DNA from: Adineta vaga
Taxonomy: Eukaryota > Animalia > Rotifera
DNA length: 64,000 bases
NCBI GenBank assembly: GCA_021613535.1
Contig: CP075493.1
Span: forward strand, 12,338,001-12,402,000
Direction: 5' to 3'
Shown: in pieces, positions 26,275-40,118 of the stretch
Layout of the letters: the number at the start of each line of letters is the position of its first letter
How positions within the stretch are numbered: position 1 is the first letter of the stretch
Notes under the pieces: generated by a model
The model's input: the letters and a program-made list of their open reading frames with translations, nothing else
Told to the model about the DNA's origin: nothing
Database searches by the model: none
Translations under genes and position numbers: made by a program

Positions 26275-26659
26275 GTCTATCAAGAGATGAATTAAGAAAA
26301 CAATTAGCTGAATGTAATTTTCATCGTCTTACAAATGCACTACTTAATTCACTCATCTATTTAGATTGAGTGATGCGAGAAGTTCTTCGTTTTGTACCGA
26401 TATCACTTAAAAAGAGGTGATCAAATATTTATTTCATTTTATAATCTCGGACAAGATCCACGTTATTGGACAAATACAGATGGATTTTTTCCTGAACGAT
26501 TTCTAAGTGAATCTGAAATTAACTATAAGAATAATAAAGCAGCATGAATACCATTTGGAAGTGATCATCTGTGCACGATTTATGCAATATGCAACATTTG
26601 TAGATGGTGGATACAATTAAACCTAAACATGTTGGTGTTACGATTAAATTCAATTGAAA
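26275..26659 (+). pseudogene. Cytochrome P450 C-terminal remnant (not in the ORF track)
   Basis: LIYLD*VMREVLRFVP (K-helix ExxR), YNLGQDPRYW...FFPERF (PERF) and AA*IPFGSD, with the heme Cys motif deleted; in-frame stops. Confidence 0.75.
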
Positions 26660-26720
26660 AAGTTGATTGCAATATTCAAGCAAACTAAACTGTCAATTAG
26701 AATAGGTTTTTTGTTTATTT

Positions 26721-27770
26721 TTATCGTTGAAATCGAACAATAGAAAAAGGCTTTTCTTCATTATGTATGATGTCAACATTTTGATCTAACCAAAATAATG
26801 TTGAAAAACTCTTCTGTGGATTGTCAATTGCTGGTCGATTATAAAATTGATATTGGAGAGAAAAATTGATCTGAAATTTTTGTAAATGACAACAATTTTC
26901 TGTTAATAATGTTTCCCATTGATCGCCATTCGATAGAATATAATCACATGTAATTTTCATTTGATATAATTTCGGGAGTTTTTTAAATAAAAGTTTGAGC
27001 TCTTCGAAAGTAATATGATAATCGAGATTTAAGTTTAAATAAATACAATCCGACAAAATTAAGGTTGGTGAGTAGACTGGTAAGGATATTGTTCGATCGA
27101 AATCAGAGTACAGTCGGTTTATTTTCACTGACTTAATGTATGGTATAGATGGTAAGATTTCCATAAAATTATGCAGATAAAGAGATGGAAGAGTAATAAA
27201 TTCCAGCTTTGTTTGTTTTATTATTGTTGTAAATGGTATGTCAATAAGGTGACGATTATCATTACATCGAATAACGAATTGTTTGAGACTAAGAAAAGCG
27301 TGATGTTCAATAAATATTAATTGAAGAAGTTCTTTTAAACATCGATCATAATGAGCAATACGTCCCAGGTGAATATGTAAAGATTTCAATGATGCTAAAC
27401 GTGATAATTCCTGTAAAATTACAATTGAACAGTCACAGCTTAATTCACCTCGATACACCAACGAAAGATAACGCAATTGTTGAAATGTACTAAACGGCCA
27501 GCGAGTAAAGAATTCTTCAATCTGAAATTCTTCATAAAATTTAATTGATTTAACGTTGGCATGATTTTTTTCTGTTGGAAGAATAAAATTGGATACAAAG
27601 TAATAGTCTTCGGTAGTTATGACATCAAAATACAATGGTGTAATTTCGGAGAGTATTGAATTGATTCTCGAATTTAAATTACCAAATGTACGATAGAGTT
27701 CAATAGCATCGAAAAATTCGAAGATTTCACACCATAACTCGCTTGACAAACTTTGAATTGTTCTGGACAT
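26721..27770 (-). CDS. F-box + LRR-like protein
   Basis: N-term IQSLSSELWCEIFEFFDAIELYRTFGNLNSRINSIL; LxxLxL repeats; QWETLLTENCCHLQKFQINF. Confidence 0.8.
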   Translation of the reverse strand: MSRTIQSLSSELWCEIFEFFDAIELYRTFGNLNSRINSILSEITPLYFDVITTEDYYFVSNFILPTEKNHANVKSIKFYEEFQIEEFFTRWPFSTFQQLRYLSLVYRGELSCDCSIVILQELSRLASLKSLHIHLGRIAHYDRCLKELLQLIFIEHHAFLSLKQFVIRCNDNRHLIDIPFTTIIKQTKLEFITLPSLYLHNFMEILPSIPYIKSVKINRLYSDFDRTISLPVYSPTLILSDCIYLNLNLDYHITFEELKLLFKKLPKLYQMKITCDYILSNGDQWETLLTENCCHLQKFQINFSLQYQFYNRPAIDNPQKSFSTLFWLDQNVDIIHNEEKPFSIVRFQR

Positions 27771-28349
27771 TATTTGAGTGTTTTCACGTGTATAAAGGAA
27801 CAAAATACGTCTAGAAGACGTACTATATAGCACATTGTTAATCTTGTAAGAAAAATATAATTTATATTTGCACTGTGACACCATTATATTATCGATGTTT
27901 TTCTTGCGCAACTTGCAATGTAGAAAGAAGAAAGAGAATAAATAGTAACACTGATATTTTCATCAAATCTGTAAATATGTAAAAGTAATCATTTTATTTT
28001 TCTACTTATTCTACTCATTTTGACTTATTATGTTTGTAACAAACAGTTTCATAACTTGAACGATTTCTTTTCATCTCTTTAATGTGAAAAAATACTCTGC
28101 CATGTTCATCATGTATCAGATTCAAAATTTAATCTACATAGAATAATAGATTTTTCTCTCGCTTATGATTTTTCTAACGGAAATAAATCTAATATTCATT
28201 AGTATTAATTGGTAAAATTCATAAAAGATTCTGATCATTTGTGTTGATGAAGAAAGTGGAAAAATCCAACAAGATTGATTGAGCACTATCATAAGTAGAC
28301 CTTATAGTTATGTATTATTTCGCTTTCTTGCACTACAATTTCTTTTATA

Positions 28350-28880
28350 GGATTAATTCCACCTGCAACTGGTCCTTATCATCTCAAAACTCAACGCATA
28401 TTAACACAATTATTCATCGTTGCTTTCATTCTATCATTAACTATCTTTCTCTTATTTATATATCACTAGCAACTGTTACCAAAGTTGCTACTGTTAAAAC
28501 ATCGAGCGTTAATCAATATCTGAATTTGCATGACAAATATCAATCTCGAATGAGCGGTTAATTCGTATCGACTGCAAGTAGAAACTCTCTGTTCGATCAA
28601 TTTCGATCTTCTACCATTGATGGCTTCTTAGCATCTTTAGGTATTATCTGAGACACTTCTCAAGCCAATAGCTTGCTGTCAGCATTCGAAACGGATGCAA
28701 TAATGTACATTTCTTCTGGAAATATATGATAAATATAGATTTTATACATTATTATAGTTGTGAGTGCATAAATAGCGGGAAATACATCGAACCAGTAGCT
28801 ATCTACACAAGCGCTTCTTCTGGTCCGTCACATACTATTCGTGATCTATTCGTCAGGTGCTATGCTCTCTGAGATTAATT
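28350..28880 (+). pseudogene. Remnant of a membrane-protein gene family recalled from bdelloids
   Basis: Pieces TQRILTQLFIVAFILSLTIFLLF-ISLATVTKVATVKTSSVNQYLNLHDKYQ, QFRSSTIDGFLASLGII*DTSQANSLLSAFETD and CECINS..IEPVAIY, broken by stops and deletions. Confidence 0.5.
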
Positions 28881-29762
28881 ATTCGACTACCAGTTGGTTC
28901 GTACGATATATAAAAAAATGACCAGAATTTGTTCCACATATGATTGAAGTGATCGATACATGATCATGAGCAATGCGCTTCAGACAAGGCGATTGGCTAA
29001 AATTTCTCCTACAATACCCTCATTGACAGTTGTTGCTTTGAGATCTATAAGAAATGACAACCAAAATCTAATTCTATATATGGTTTTGAACGAGGGTGTG
29101 AGCAAGTATACAAGTATCTACGTTTTATGTGTACACTACGACACCTACTTGATACAGCGATAAATCTGAAACGTATTTGAACGAACATATTGTGCAACAA
29201 AAATAAGGAAAAAAATGGATGCAACTCATAATAGATTCAAAAATAGTTATTAGGATTCGATTTTCCATTCTTTTGACTGTTGTGGTAGATTTATAAAAAG
29301 AAACTTTCTTTTATTGTTGCTCTACATTGGAAATAACTTTTCGCATGAAAAACCGAAAGACCATTGTTTATAGTGTCTAACATATATCAAAGAGAGTATT
29401 TATACTGTAAAATGAAATGATAATTGTAATTCTTTGAAAAAGAACTTATGTTCAGTTATGAATTGCTTTCTGTATTTTGTTATCTGAGATTATGTTAACC
29501 TAAGGATAATAGAAGAATAGAGATGAGTCATATTCATTTTCATCACATAAGACGAATGAAAAAAAATAAAGAAAATATTAGCAAGTATATTTGTATACAC
29601 ATGGATATATGCAATGAAGCATATCGAAAATCGTATTTATTCATAAAAAATATTTGTTATTGTCATTTATTTATTATGAAATTGAAGCAAAATAAAACAC
29701 AGAGTTATTTACATATTATATTTTTTGAATACTTTAGATTTTAACGAAAAAAGTATTGAATT

Positions 29763-30857
29763 ATGGGCAATGGTACAAGCAGTTCAATCACAATACATAT
29801 CGATCGAAGTAATGGTTTTTATTTTACTGATGAAACTATTTCAGGAACAGTTGAATTAACAATCAACGAAGGTCATATTGAAGCCGAAGAAATCTTTATG
29901 CAATTAACCGGTGAAATTGGTTATACATCAACACGTACTGTTCGTGACAATAAAAATCATTCATCTACACAAACTGATTATCATCATGTTCCATTCTATT
30001 CTCATAAAACGATCTTTTCACAACCTAAACCTGGACAAAAAGAAATTCATTATGGTCCAGGTAAATATTCATGGCCATTTCAAATTTCATTCGAAAATCA
30101 TCTACCACCAACAATGAATCAACCTCAATTATATCCTCATGTTCGATATTATTTACAAGTTGTTATTGATAAACCATGGTATAAACCAAATACACGAGAA
30201 AGAAAATATGTCGCCGTTTATCCACATGTAGATTTATTACAAAATCCTCAATGTTTACAAATGACTACATTAGGTAATCATAATCGAAAAGATATTGCAT
30301 TACGAGGAACTATAAATAAATCAGGATATGTTCCTGGTGAATATATTCATATTAAATTAGATATTGATAATCCAAAACGAATTCTTATTAAACATATTAA
30401 TTTCTCTCTCTTACAATCATATCGGATTGGAGCAAATGCACGTCAATCAAATATTTTGCAATCAACCTTACCACATATTGTGAATTCAAAAGTTCAACAA
30501 ATCAATGAAACATATGCAATACAAATTCCATCAAATATAACATTACCACCATCATATCAATATCAAGGAGGACTTCAGAAAGCTGCTGTAGTCAGCAGTG
30601 AATACATACTGCGATTTGTTGTGAAAGTCGAAGGATTATTTACAAATTTTGATGTCGATATACCAATTACATTGGGAACAGAACCAAAATGTGATGAAAG
30701 TCAGAAGCAACCATCAAATTCGGTGGTTATATCTAGTACTTCACCTACTGAAGTATCATTTAATGATGAAGATGATTTACCACCTAGTTATGAATCTGTT
30801 GTTCATAGTACGAACTATCAAAAACAAGAAAAAAATGATGAAGAATCATATTTTTAA
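29763..30857 (+). CDS. Alpha-arrestin (arrestin domain-containing protein, ARRDC-like)
   Basis: ETISGTV, GKYSWPFQISF...LPPT, VRYYLQVVIDKPW, KSGYVPGE, IPITLGT and a C-terminal PPSY (PY) motif. Confidence 0.9.
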   Translation: MGNGTSSSITIHIDRSNGFYFTDETISGTVELTINEGHIEAEEIFMQLTGEIGYTSTRTVRDNKNHSSTQTDYHHVPFYSHKTIFSQPKPGQKEIHYGPGKYSWPFQISFENHLPPTMNQPQLYPHVRYYLQVVIDKPWYKPNTRERKYVAVYPHVDLLQNPQCLQMTTLGNHNRKDIALRGTINKSGYVPGEYIHIKLDIDNPKRILIKHINFSLLQSYRIGANARQSNILQSTLPHIVNSKVQQINETYAIQIPSNITLPPSYQYQGGLQKAAVVSSEYILRFVVKVEGLFTNFDVDIPITLGTEPKCDESQKQPSNSVVISSTSPTEVSFNDEDDLPPSYESVVHSTNYQKQEKNDEESYF

Positions 30858-31295
30858 TAATGAAAGATAGAAGTGTGAGTGAAGGTATGAATTTGTATGT
30901 GATTGATTATGAATAAAATATGTTACATCTATACTTTGATAATTAAATCGAATCAGTTAGGATAACGTGGTAGAGTTTAAAGAAACAATCTCTGGGAATC
31001 ACATAGTTTGTTTAATGTTCAAACAAGCAACTAAATCTTTCAATATGAACGGAAAAACAAATGTTTGATGATGATAAGAAAGAAAGAAAGAAAGAGAGCT
31101 TTTATTTGTTCTAAATTCTCTTTAATGCATCATTTATTAATTTATCGCAAATGTGTTTTTCTAAATGATGCATTTTTTAAAATTAATTAAAAATGGACGT
31201 CAAAAAGTGTATAAAAACAAGATCGAGATCGTGCACATTATATGAAAGAAGGTGAACGAACAAAATTCCTTTGATAACAATCGAGTTTTCACCGA

Positions 31296-34200
31296 ATGCT
31301 CGTAAGCAAGTCATGGAATGGCTTCTATCTATCGTTGATTTTGTCGATTTTTCAGCAAGCATCAGGTAAATCAAAATAAGAGGATACTCTAGAACGACTG
31401 ACTCCCACAGATATCAGCAAGATTTGTAAACTAAAGATAAATATAGACTAATAAGAATAGAAACTATATTATTAATTCTAATTACACAATGAAATGTTAT
31501 ATTTAGGTGTGTCATATAATCGACCAAAATTAGATCCATATGCAGTTTGGAATCCCAATGCAATTATTTTTGCCAATTCATCGATAGTGGGCACAAAGCC
31601 TCGTGGTCTTTTTATCAATACGAACAACTCAATCTATATTGTTGATCAAGTAAATAAACGAATCCAACTTTTTTTCAATGATACTATGAAATCCTCAAAA
31701 ACAATATATGGAAACATAAGCAGACCAATGTGTATCTTCGTTACAGATAACGATGATATTTATGTCAGCGATTATAATGCAAGTAATCGAGTCGATAAAT
31801 GGTCACTAAATACAAACATTACTATTGCTGTTATGTATGTTAATTCATCATGCTACGGTCTCTTTGTTGATAACAACAACACTATATACTGTTCATTATA
31901 TAATGAGCATAGAGTTGTCAAGAAATGGTTGGGTGATAATGGCTCGGCAGTGATCATTGTTGCTGGAAATGGTACTAATGGTTCTGCCTTGAATGAGCTT
32001 TATCGTCCTTCTGGAATCTTCGTTACTGTTAACTTTGATTTGTATGTCGCTGATTATGGAAATAGTCGAATTCAACTCTTTCGATTCGGACAACAAAATG
32101 GAACCACAGTTGCAGGAAACTCATCATTCACTCCGACAATCAAATTAAAGAATCCCAACGCAGTAATATTGGATAGTGATGGTTATTTATTTATAACAGA
32201 TGCTAACAATCATCGAATTATTGGCCAGGCACCACATGGTTTTCGATGTATAGTTGGATGTTCAGGTACGAGCGGATCATCTACTGATCAACTATCGTAT
32301 CCATGGAATTTAGCTTTTGATAGTTATGGAAACTTATATGTTAGTGAATGGAGTACTGATCGCATTTTAAAATATGTTTTATTAAATAATACTAGAGGTG
32401 AGTGTTATCAATCAAAAGAAACATTTTAATCCTCAACATGACCGAAAATAGAAAAAAAATGTCTTCTTATTCTATTGAATAAGTTAATCTTTAACTTTTT
32501 TCGTATTTCTTTTCTTTTAGTTAAACCATATAATCAACCAAAGTTATTTACCAATTCAACATGGAAATTAAATGCAACCATTTTTGCTAATAAAAGTACG
32601 GTCGGTCTAGAGCCGTATAGTATTTTCATCGATAAAAACAACGCTATTTATATCGGCGATCGTCAGAATGATCGAATTCTGATTTGGTTCAATGATTCCA
32701 TTAATCCAACAGAAACAATAACCAACGACGTAGATCATCCTGATACTGTATGTATTGCGAACAATGGCGATATTTATTTTGATAATGGCAACAGCCATCC
32801 TCGAATCGAAAAATCAATAATAAGTACAAACATTAGCGTTTCTTATACTTCGATTACTTCATCATGCTATGGTCTATTTATTGATCGCAGTGATATGTTA
32901 TATTGTTCCATGTATGCCAATCATGTAGTTTATAAAACGTGGTTGCTCGATAATACAACAATGTTGACAGCTATTGCTGGAAATGGTTCGAATGGTTCCA
33001 ATTCAAATCAATTTAATAGTCCGTACGGAATTTTCCTCGATATTAATTTTAATTTGTATGTGGCTGATTCTGGAAATAATCGAATACAATTTTTTCGATT
33101 AGGACAATCAAATGGAATAACAGTTGCAGGAAACACATCATTAAATATTACAGTTGAATTAAATAACCCGATTGGAATTGTCTTAGACGCTGATAATTAT
33201 TTATTTATTGTCGATAGTAACAATCATCGAATTGTTCGTGACGGACCAAATGGTTTTGGGTGTTTAGTTGGATGTTCTAGTGTGAATGGTTCGGCATCAA
33301 ATCAATTATCAAATCCACGAGGCATAGCGTTTGACGTCTATGGAAATTTATATGTTGTTGATACGGGAAACAATCGGGTGCAAAGATTTGCTATAATAGT
33401 CGATTTAAGTGGTACGTAGATTTAGAGATGTCTTGAAAGGAAAGACGATGCATTCGTCTTATACCCGTTTAATTCTTAGAATGACATAGAAAGAAAACAT
33501 CAAGTTTCATAATCATTATTCATGCGATAAACAAAGTTTTGACACTTCTCTTCTTATAGAAACAACAACTGTAACTGTTCCAATAACAACAACACAAGGT
33601 TTGTTTAATCAAAATACTTTTACATAATTTGCCTTCACGATCTTTTTTTTCTAGAACAACTTACATCAACAATAGTAACCACAATCATAGAGACAAGCAC
33701 CGCTGCAGAAACAAATTCACCATCGATGACTAGTACACAAGTATCAAGCACAGCAATCAGTACACATCCAATGACAACTCTCAAACAAATCATATCAAAT
33801 CAAAGTAACTATTTTCATCACACAAAAGATACACTCATAAAATAAGTTTGTTCAAGGTTGTTATTCACCCAATCTCACACTTATTCCCAACAGATCACCA
33901 ATAGAATTTCGTCGAAATCAAGATATTTCAATTGTGTCATTGATTGAATTTCATTGCAATCAATCATTCACATTAACAACACAATGGATCATACGAAATT
34001 GTTCCATCACTCCATGTTCCATCTCCGTTTCATTCGATTCAACCATCAATACAAAATCAAGTGAATTATACATTCCAGCAAAAACACTTTCATATGGAAT
34101 CTATCAATTCACTCTGACACTGTCACTTCTCAATTTATCAACATCATCTTCGATTTTGATTGAAATCATCTCATCAGATATTGTTGTCAATCTGATTCAA

Positions 34201-37200
34201 CTTGGAACAACAATAATCACCAATGGATATGAACAAGATCTTCTTCTCAATCCAGGAGCATTTTCTGTTGATTTAGATGGATTTGTATTCAATGCTAGTG
34301 TAAGTGATTTCATTGTTGATATGCTGATTTGATTCGATCGTTTTATGCATACAGGAATGGACATATAAATATTATTGTCGAATCTATGGTTTGTCAATGT
34401 ATCCGAATGTGAATGGATCATTGATTCCAATCGATAATTCAACCATTGATCCATCGAATCCTTCATGTTTATCAAATCAAAGAGGATGGAAATATGGCAA
34501 TTCGATCAATTCATCATTGACAATTCGTTCTCATTCACTTCCATCAAATCAAACATATGAATTTCTGGTTCAGATGAAATATCTTCATGATCCATCGAAA
34601 CAAGTCACTGGTTCTGTTCTTGTCAAAGTTCAAGATATGCATTCATCAATCATTGCCATTGGGTAAAACCTTTCTTTTCATCTGATTGATACGAAAAGTA
34701 TTTCCTATTGAATCTCTAGTTGTGTCATTTCTCCCATGTGTATTTCAAATGTCGAATATCAACTTGTTAATCCAACTACTCAAGTTGCTTTGTATTCATT
34801 TTGTATTGAGAATTGTTCAACCGTTCAGAATATTCAATGGAGAATCTATTATGGACAAAGAAATGCATCATCAAATGTCACAGAATGGATTTTATTCAAT
34901 AAAACAAATATTTATGCAAATATTTGGTTTTTTGGACTGAACACAACAAATTTGACATCAACCAATGATTTGTTTTCATCTTATCGTCAATGGTTACTTT
35001 GGAGATTTGAAGTTGTTTATCATTTTCAATCAGAAACAAGTTCAAGTTCATTAAGTTTTCTCATTAATCAACCACCTACAAATGGTTCATGTTCGATTTC
35101 TCCTCTCAATGGTACAACAAGTACTTTATTTGATTTGAACTGTTTGAATTGGTTTGATAATGATGGAATCAAAGATTATTCACTTTACAGTAAGTTCATG
35201 ATTGAACTATTCGATATACGTACGTGTATACCTCTTTGTCTCTTTATAGTTTGGACAATAGATCAATCAAAACAAACAATCATAGCATATTCATCATTAT
35301 CAACATTTCAAGTTCGATTTCCATGTGATGATGATCCAACTTATGCAGTTCATTTGATAATGAAGATTCGTGATGAATTTGATTGTTTGACAGAATATAA
35401 TTTTACATCATCAATTTCTGTTCGAGCAGATTTGAATGAAATGAATAAGTTTATTAATGATATTCAAAATACATCAAATGAAATCATCAACAATCCCTAT
35501 GTTCGACTACTTGCAAGTCAAAATCAGAATGTTGTTGGTCAAGTGATTAGTTTATTTTCAAATCAACTCAATCAATTCAATCAACAAAATATTGATAAAG
35601 CGATATCGAGTAAAAGTTTGATAATGATTAAGACATTTACATATATGTTTATCGATAATTTAGATGGAATTCCATGGACAAGTATTTCAGTTTCATCATT
35701 ACAAAGTTCATCTTCACAAGTAGTAGTAACTCCAATTTTGTTTGTTTATTTTACTTGTTAATCTCTCTTTCTCTCTCTCTCACAGATATCAACAACAGCA
35801 TTGAACATGTCAGCATTGGATGAATATGAGAAAGAAGTGAATTGTCATGCACAAGTTCGAGAGTATCTCATACAATTCATCTCCAATCTCGCCATAACAA
35901 CGTCGAATAGTCTAAAACTACAATCATCAGCATTAGTTCAATTGACCAAAGCAACAAATCAATTAACAAGAAATACTCTGGTAAAAGATCTTTGTTTCTT
36001 TTCACATATCATTAGATTGAATCTGTTTGTCATAGACAATTGCACTGAATCGATGTTATGAATTGAGTAAACGTTTGTATTTGATGTCAACACAAATATC
36101 ATCTGAAGATACACAAATCATTGCAAGTCAATTAGGTGAATGTACAACAAATCTTGTCACCGTAAGAGAGATGTTCCATTATCTTTTATCTAACAAATGA
36201 TGATGAATTAAGGGTGTGAATGGTCCATTACAAGAAAGAATGAATGTATTAGATGTTGATTTCATTCGTGCAACATCATTTCCTCAAGATTATGATACTG
36301 ATTTAGAATCATCATGGTCAAATTTAAGTAAGATCATCTATTCTTTCATTTCTAAAATCTTTCTTTTGTTATTAAGATTTATTTGGTGATGGAAATGATT
36401 TTTCATGGTCAACAATTGAAAAGAATCGAAATGTATATTATCAAAAACAATTAGCCAATGAAATTGTTTCGAAAACAAAAGAAATAATTTCATTGATGAC
36501 ATTATCGTTGAATGTTCATTTGAATCGTGAACAAAGTTTAGTTTTGAATACATCAGAAGTGTTGATGTCATTAGAAAGAACATCATTTGAATCATTAGTG
36601 AATAAACAAATTGGAAATGCACAAATCAATCTTCCGTCAACAATTCAAACAGAATTCAATACAAATCAAACAATTTCAATTCGAGTAAACTTTTCATTGA
36701 ACAAATTCATTCATTTCTCTCGAGTTTATTTTATAGTCAATGATGGAACCATTAGCATCATATGGAAACTCACAATCTCATACAAATCTGTCAAGATCAG
36801 TTTCATTAACAATTCTTGATGAAAATGGTCAAGAAATTGGAATTAGAACGGATGAAAATCATTCAATTGAAATTATTATTCCACGAGATCCAAATGTTGT
36901 CATTCCATCAATGATCTTATACAATGTGACATCGAACAATTCAACTGATCATTATCAACATTTCTTTTCTTTACATTATATCAATATCACAACAACACTT
37001 CCAATTTCAGTTCATTTCGAAGTTCATCCATTGAATGTGAATATTTCATATTTATTTATTTATAAATTTGATGGAATTCCACGATTAAATAGTTCAGTGA
37101 ATGAAATCGATGGATGGACACTTCTTTGTTCTTTTGACTTGTCGAATGAAAGTATTTATCGATATTTTGTTAATAATCAACAAACTTTGGGTCATTCATC

Positions 37201-37823
37201 ATTAGTAATTGGTTTACGAGAAGTGAATTCTGATGTTGAATGTTTGAATTCATCATTGAAAAGTAAATTACCACTTATAAATGAACGATATAATTTTAGT
37301 TCAAATTATGAAATGCGAGTTTATACATCAGGTTGTTATTATCTTGATGAAATGAATGAATGGAAATCTGATGGATTAATTGTTGGTTCATTAACAAATC
37401 ATTATCAAACACAATGTTTTTCTCGACATTTGACAACATTTGCAAGTGGATTTCATGTTTTATCTCATTCAACACATTGGAACTATGTATCCATCAATGA
37501 TGATGAAAAAGAAACGAGAAAGATTTCATTGTCGACTTTGATTATTCTCATGACTGAACATTTATTTAATGAAGGATTTATTAAACAATTATCAATTCTT
37601 GTGATTAGTTTGATGATTTATTTGATGTTGAAAGAAAATAAATATTGGTCAATGATTAATTTACGAATGATCATTTATTTTTGTATTGGAATTCTTGTTT
37701 GTTTTTTCATAATTAATCAAAGTTTTCAGTGGAAAGGTATAAAATAAAAATTCCTTTCCTTGATCATTATTTTGATTCATTTTAGATTTGAGAAATTCAA
37801 CTGACGATGTAATCTATGAATAA
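31296..37823 (+). CDS. Multi-exon cell-surface protein: signal + two NHL propellers + Thr/Ser stalk + REJ + GAIN/GPS + short TM tail
   Basis: Signal exon 31296-31365; NHL exons 31507-32397 and 32521-33411; REJ-like LYIPAKTLSYGIYQFTLT and INQPPTNGSCSISPLNGTTST; GPS YTSGCYYLDE...WKSDG...TQCFSRHLTTFASG; last exon 37786-37823. Confidence 0.8.
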
Positions 37824-38195
37824 CAATATGTATTAATGATTTTTATTTTAGCTTTTGTCATTTGTATGTGACTTGAATCGCATTTCTTATAATTAATGTA
37901 CTCTTGCATAAGTATTTTATTGAACAGAATATTTTAATAGAAAAGCACATATTATATGTATTAAAAATCGAAAATCGAAAATCGAATGTAAATATGAATA
38001 AGAGGAAGAATGAATCTTCACATGGATATACTAATTGTCAATGGTATTTGTTCAAGTTTGAATGAAATTAACTATTCTCATCGAAGAGAAAAAACGATGT
38101 TTTTCCGAGCGTAATTGATAGCTAAACAGATTGAGTATAAGTTGAATAAAATGAAGTTCGCTACTTTTATTTCAGTTTTAGTGAAGTTCAACATC

Positions 38196-39191
38196 TTATC
38201 TGTGGAAAAGTTTGAAGAGAGCTTTTCGAAAAAGGGTTCCTCCAGTCAATGTATAGATATAAAATGGCATTCCACAAGCAACATTCAAGAAAAGAAGAAA
38301 TAAATTAAAAATAAAGTCTTCAATTGTTTTCTGTAATACTGATTTGGGCGTATCTCGCGTAAATGTTGAATAGAATTTGGATAGAGCAAATGGAACAGTA
38401 CATACAAGAATAACGAGAACTTGAACGAAAAGCATGATCAACAAATGACGATCTGTTTTTCGTTGTTGATTTGGCCGTTCGACGACGGTAATAAGTGCGA
38501 GATTCCGATTCGCATTTTTATCTGCGATTGGTGCAGCTATTGGTCGTAAACGAGCTTGTGTTTGACGTACATTTGAAATAATCTTTAGTCCAAAGATGAA
38601 CATCAATGTCAAGGGAACGAAGACAGTAATCAAGGCGAAAGTTAAGTCCGATAGAATACCACATGTTACTGTTTTTGTATAACATTTCAGTGGAGTATGA
38701 ATTAGATTAGCTTTGTAACAGAAGATTTGTTGTGTTTCAATCATCGTTGAGATAATTATAATAGCAAGCATACCACGTTTTGCATTTTTCAATGTACTTT
38801 TATGTCGATAATTGACAGTCGTACTTGAAGAAAGCCATCGATCAATAGTTGCTAGTGCGATGAGCCAAAAGGCAATAGTCATTGAATTGTAATAGATAAA
38901 AACACGAAGTTTACAAAGAATCTCATTTGTATTTGTTATATCAGTATTCCAGGTCGACAAAAAACGAGGAATGAGACTAGAGCATAAACTAATCAAACAA
39001 AAAATTGATGAAACAAGAAATAGCCATGAACAAGGATTTGAACGAAGTTGACGTTGTGAAAGGACAAGTGTATTTAGAATATTACCAATAATTCCGAAAA
39101 GAAAAATACCCATTGCCAAATAACGATTGAGTTGAATGGAAATCTGATTTAAGAAGTCGATAAGATTTACATTCGATGTTGATGTAGACAT
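38196..39191 (-). CDS. Class A 7TM GPCR (peptide-receptor-like), intronless
   Basis: FGIIGNILN, LRSNPCS, LCKLR, LATIDRW, MLFVQV...P and PFYIYTLTG..FR. Confidence 0.9.
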   Translation of the reverse strand: MSTSTSNVNLIDFLNQISIQLNRYLAMGIFLFGIIGNILNTLVLSQRQLRSNPCSWLFLVSSIFCLISLCSSLIPRFLSTWNTDITNTNEILCKLRVFIYYNSMTIAFWLIALATIDRWLSSSTTVNYRHKSTLKNAKRGMLAIIIISTMIETQQIFCYKANLIHTPLKCYTKTVTCGILSDLTFALITVFVPLTLMFIFGLKIISNVRQTQARLRPIAAPIADKNANRNLALITVVERPNQQRKTDRHLLIMLFVQVLVILVCTVPFALSKFYSTFTRDTPKSVLQKTIEDFIFNLFLLFLNVACGMPFYIYTLTGGTLFRKALFKLFHR

Positions 39192-39659
39192 TTTTTACAC
39201 TAAATGAGCACATACTGTTTTTCAAGGAAAAATATTTTAAAAAGTTGGAATAAGAATAATCTGACTTTTGGTTAGCTTATAATCTGCTCTAATACCAATG
39301 TAATTTTGAAATTAAAAATATGGAAGGATGCAACTGTCAAATCAGCGACAAAACTCAAGGCACCATCCCATGTCTATAATTGTTTAATTTATATTCCACA
39401 GAAACGTTTTTTTGAGATACAGATAGTTGAAGTTTAGAAACGTTGCACTTTGAATGAATATATGTGTGTTTTCTGTTGACTTATTCGTATTCTTCTTCCT
39501 CTTCTTCTTCTTCAGTTAATGACAATCCAATACAATGAAAGAATAGAAATATAATTGTGAGTGTAATGAAGTGCTTCTAAGAATGTTTTTAAGGAAGGAA
39601 AATGATCTCTTGAACTAAATACTTGTACAATCACTATATTAGCAACAACAACAACAAGA

Positions 39660-39681
39660 ATATATATATATATATATATAT
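39660..39681. repeat. (TA)n microsatellite
   Basis: Uninterrupted run of about 11 TA units. Confidence 0.9.
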
Positions 39682-40118
39682 CAAGTGAATATGACAATAG
39701 TTGGTTAATAATGACTCGTCTTTTGAAGTATTTTATGAGTACTCAAGAATATTGCTTTATTCGCAAAGTAAATCTACGTTAGATATTAATTTATGCTTTG
39801 GATATATTTCAATCTATATTTTTTTAAAATCAGATAACCAATATGTAAAACTGTTATAAACAGTCTTTACTTTGTGATAGTTTTTTCGTTTACACACCCG
39901 CATGATGTTCGATCAGATCTAATAATATATTTTGTAGAATTTCTAATTAAGCTAAGAGATTGTCATTACATGTTTGAGAGAATATATTTATTTGTTGATG
40001 AAAGCTCTTTTTATAAAAGAAATCCTATAATCTTTGATAGCTGCATGAGAATACAACTTCCAAATTTTGAATTGAAGTACAGTTTTATAAAGACAGAATG
40101 CAGGTTTACATAACATAG

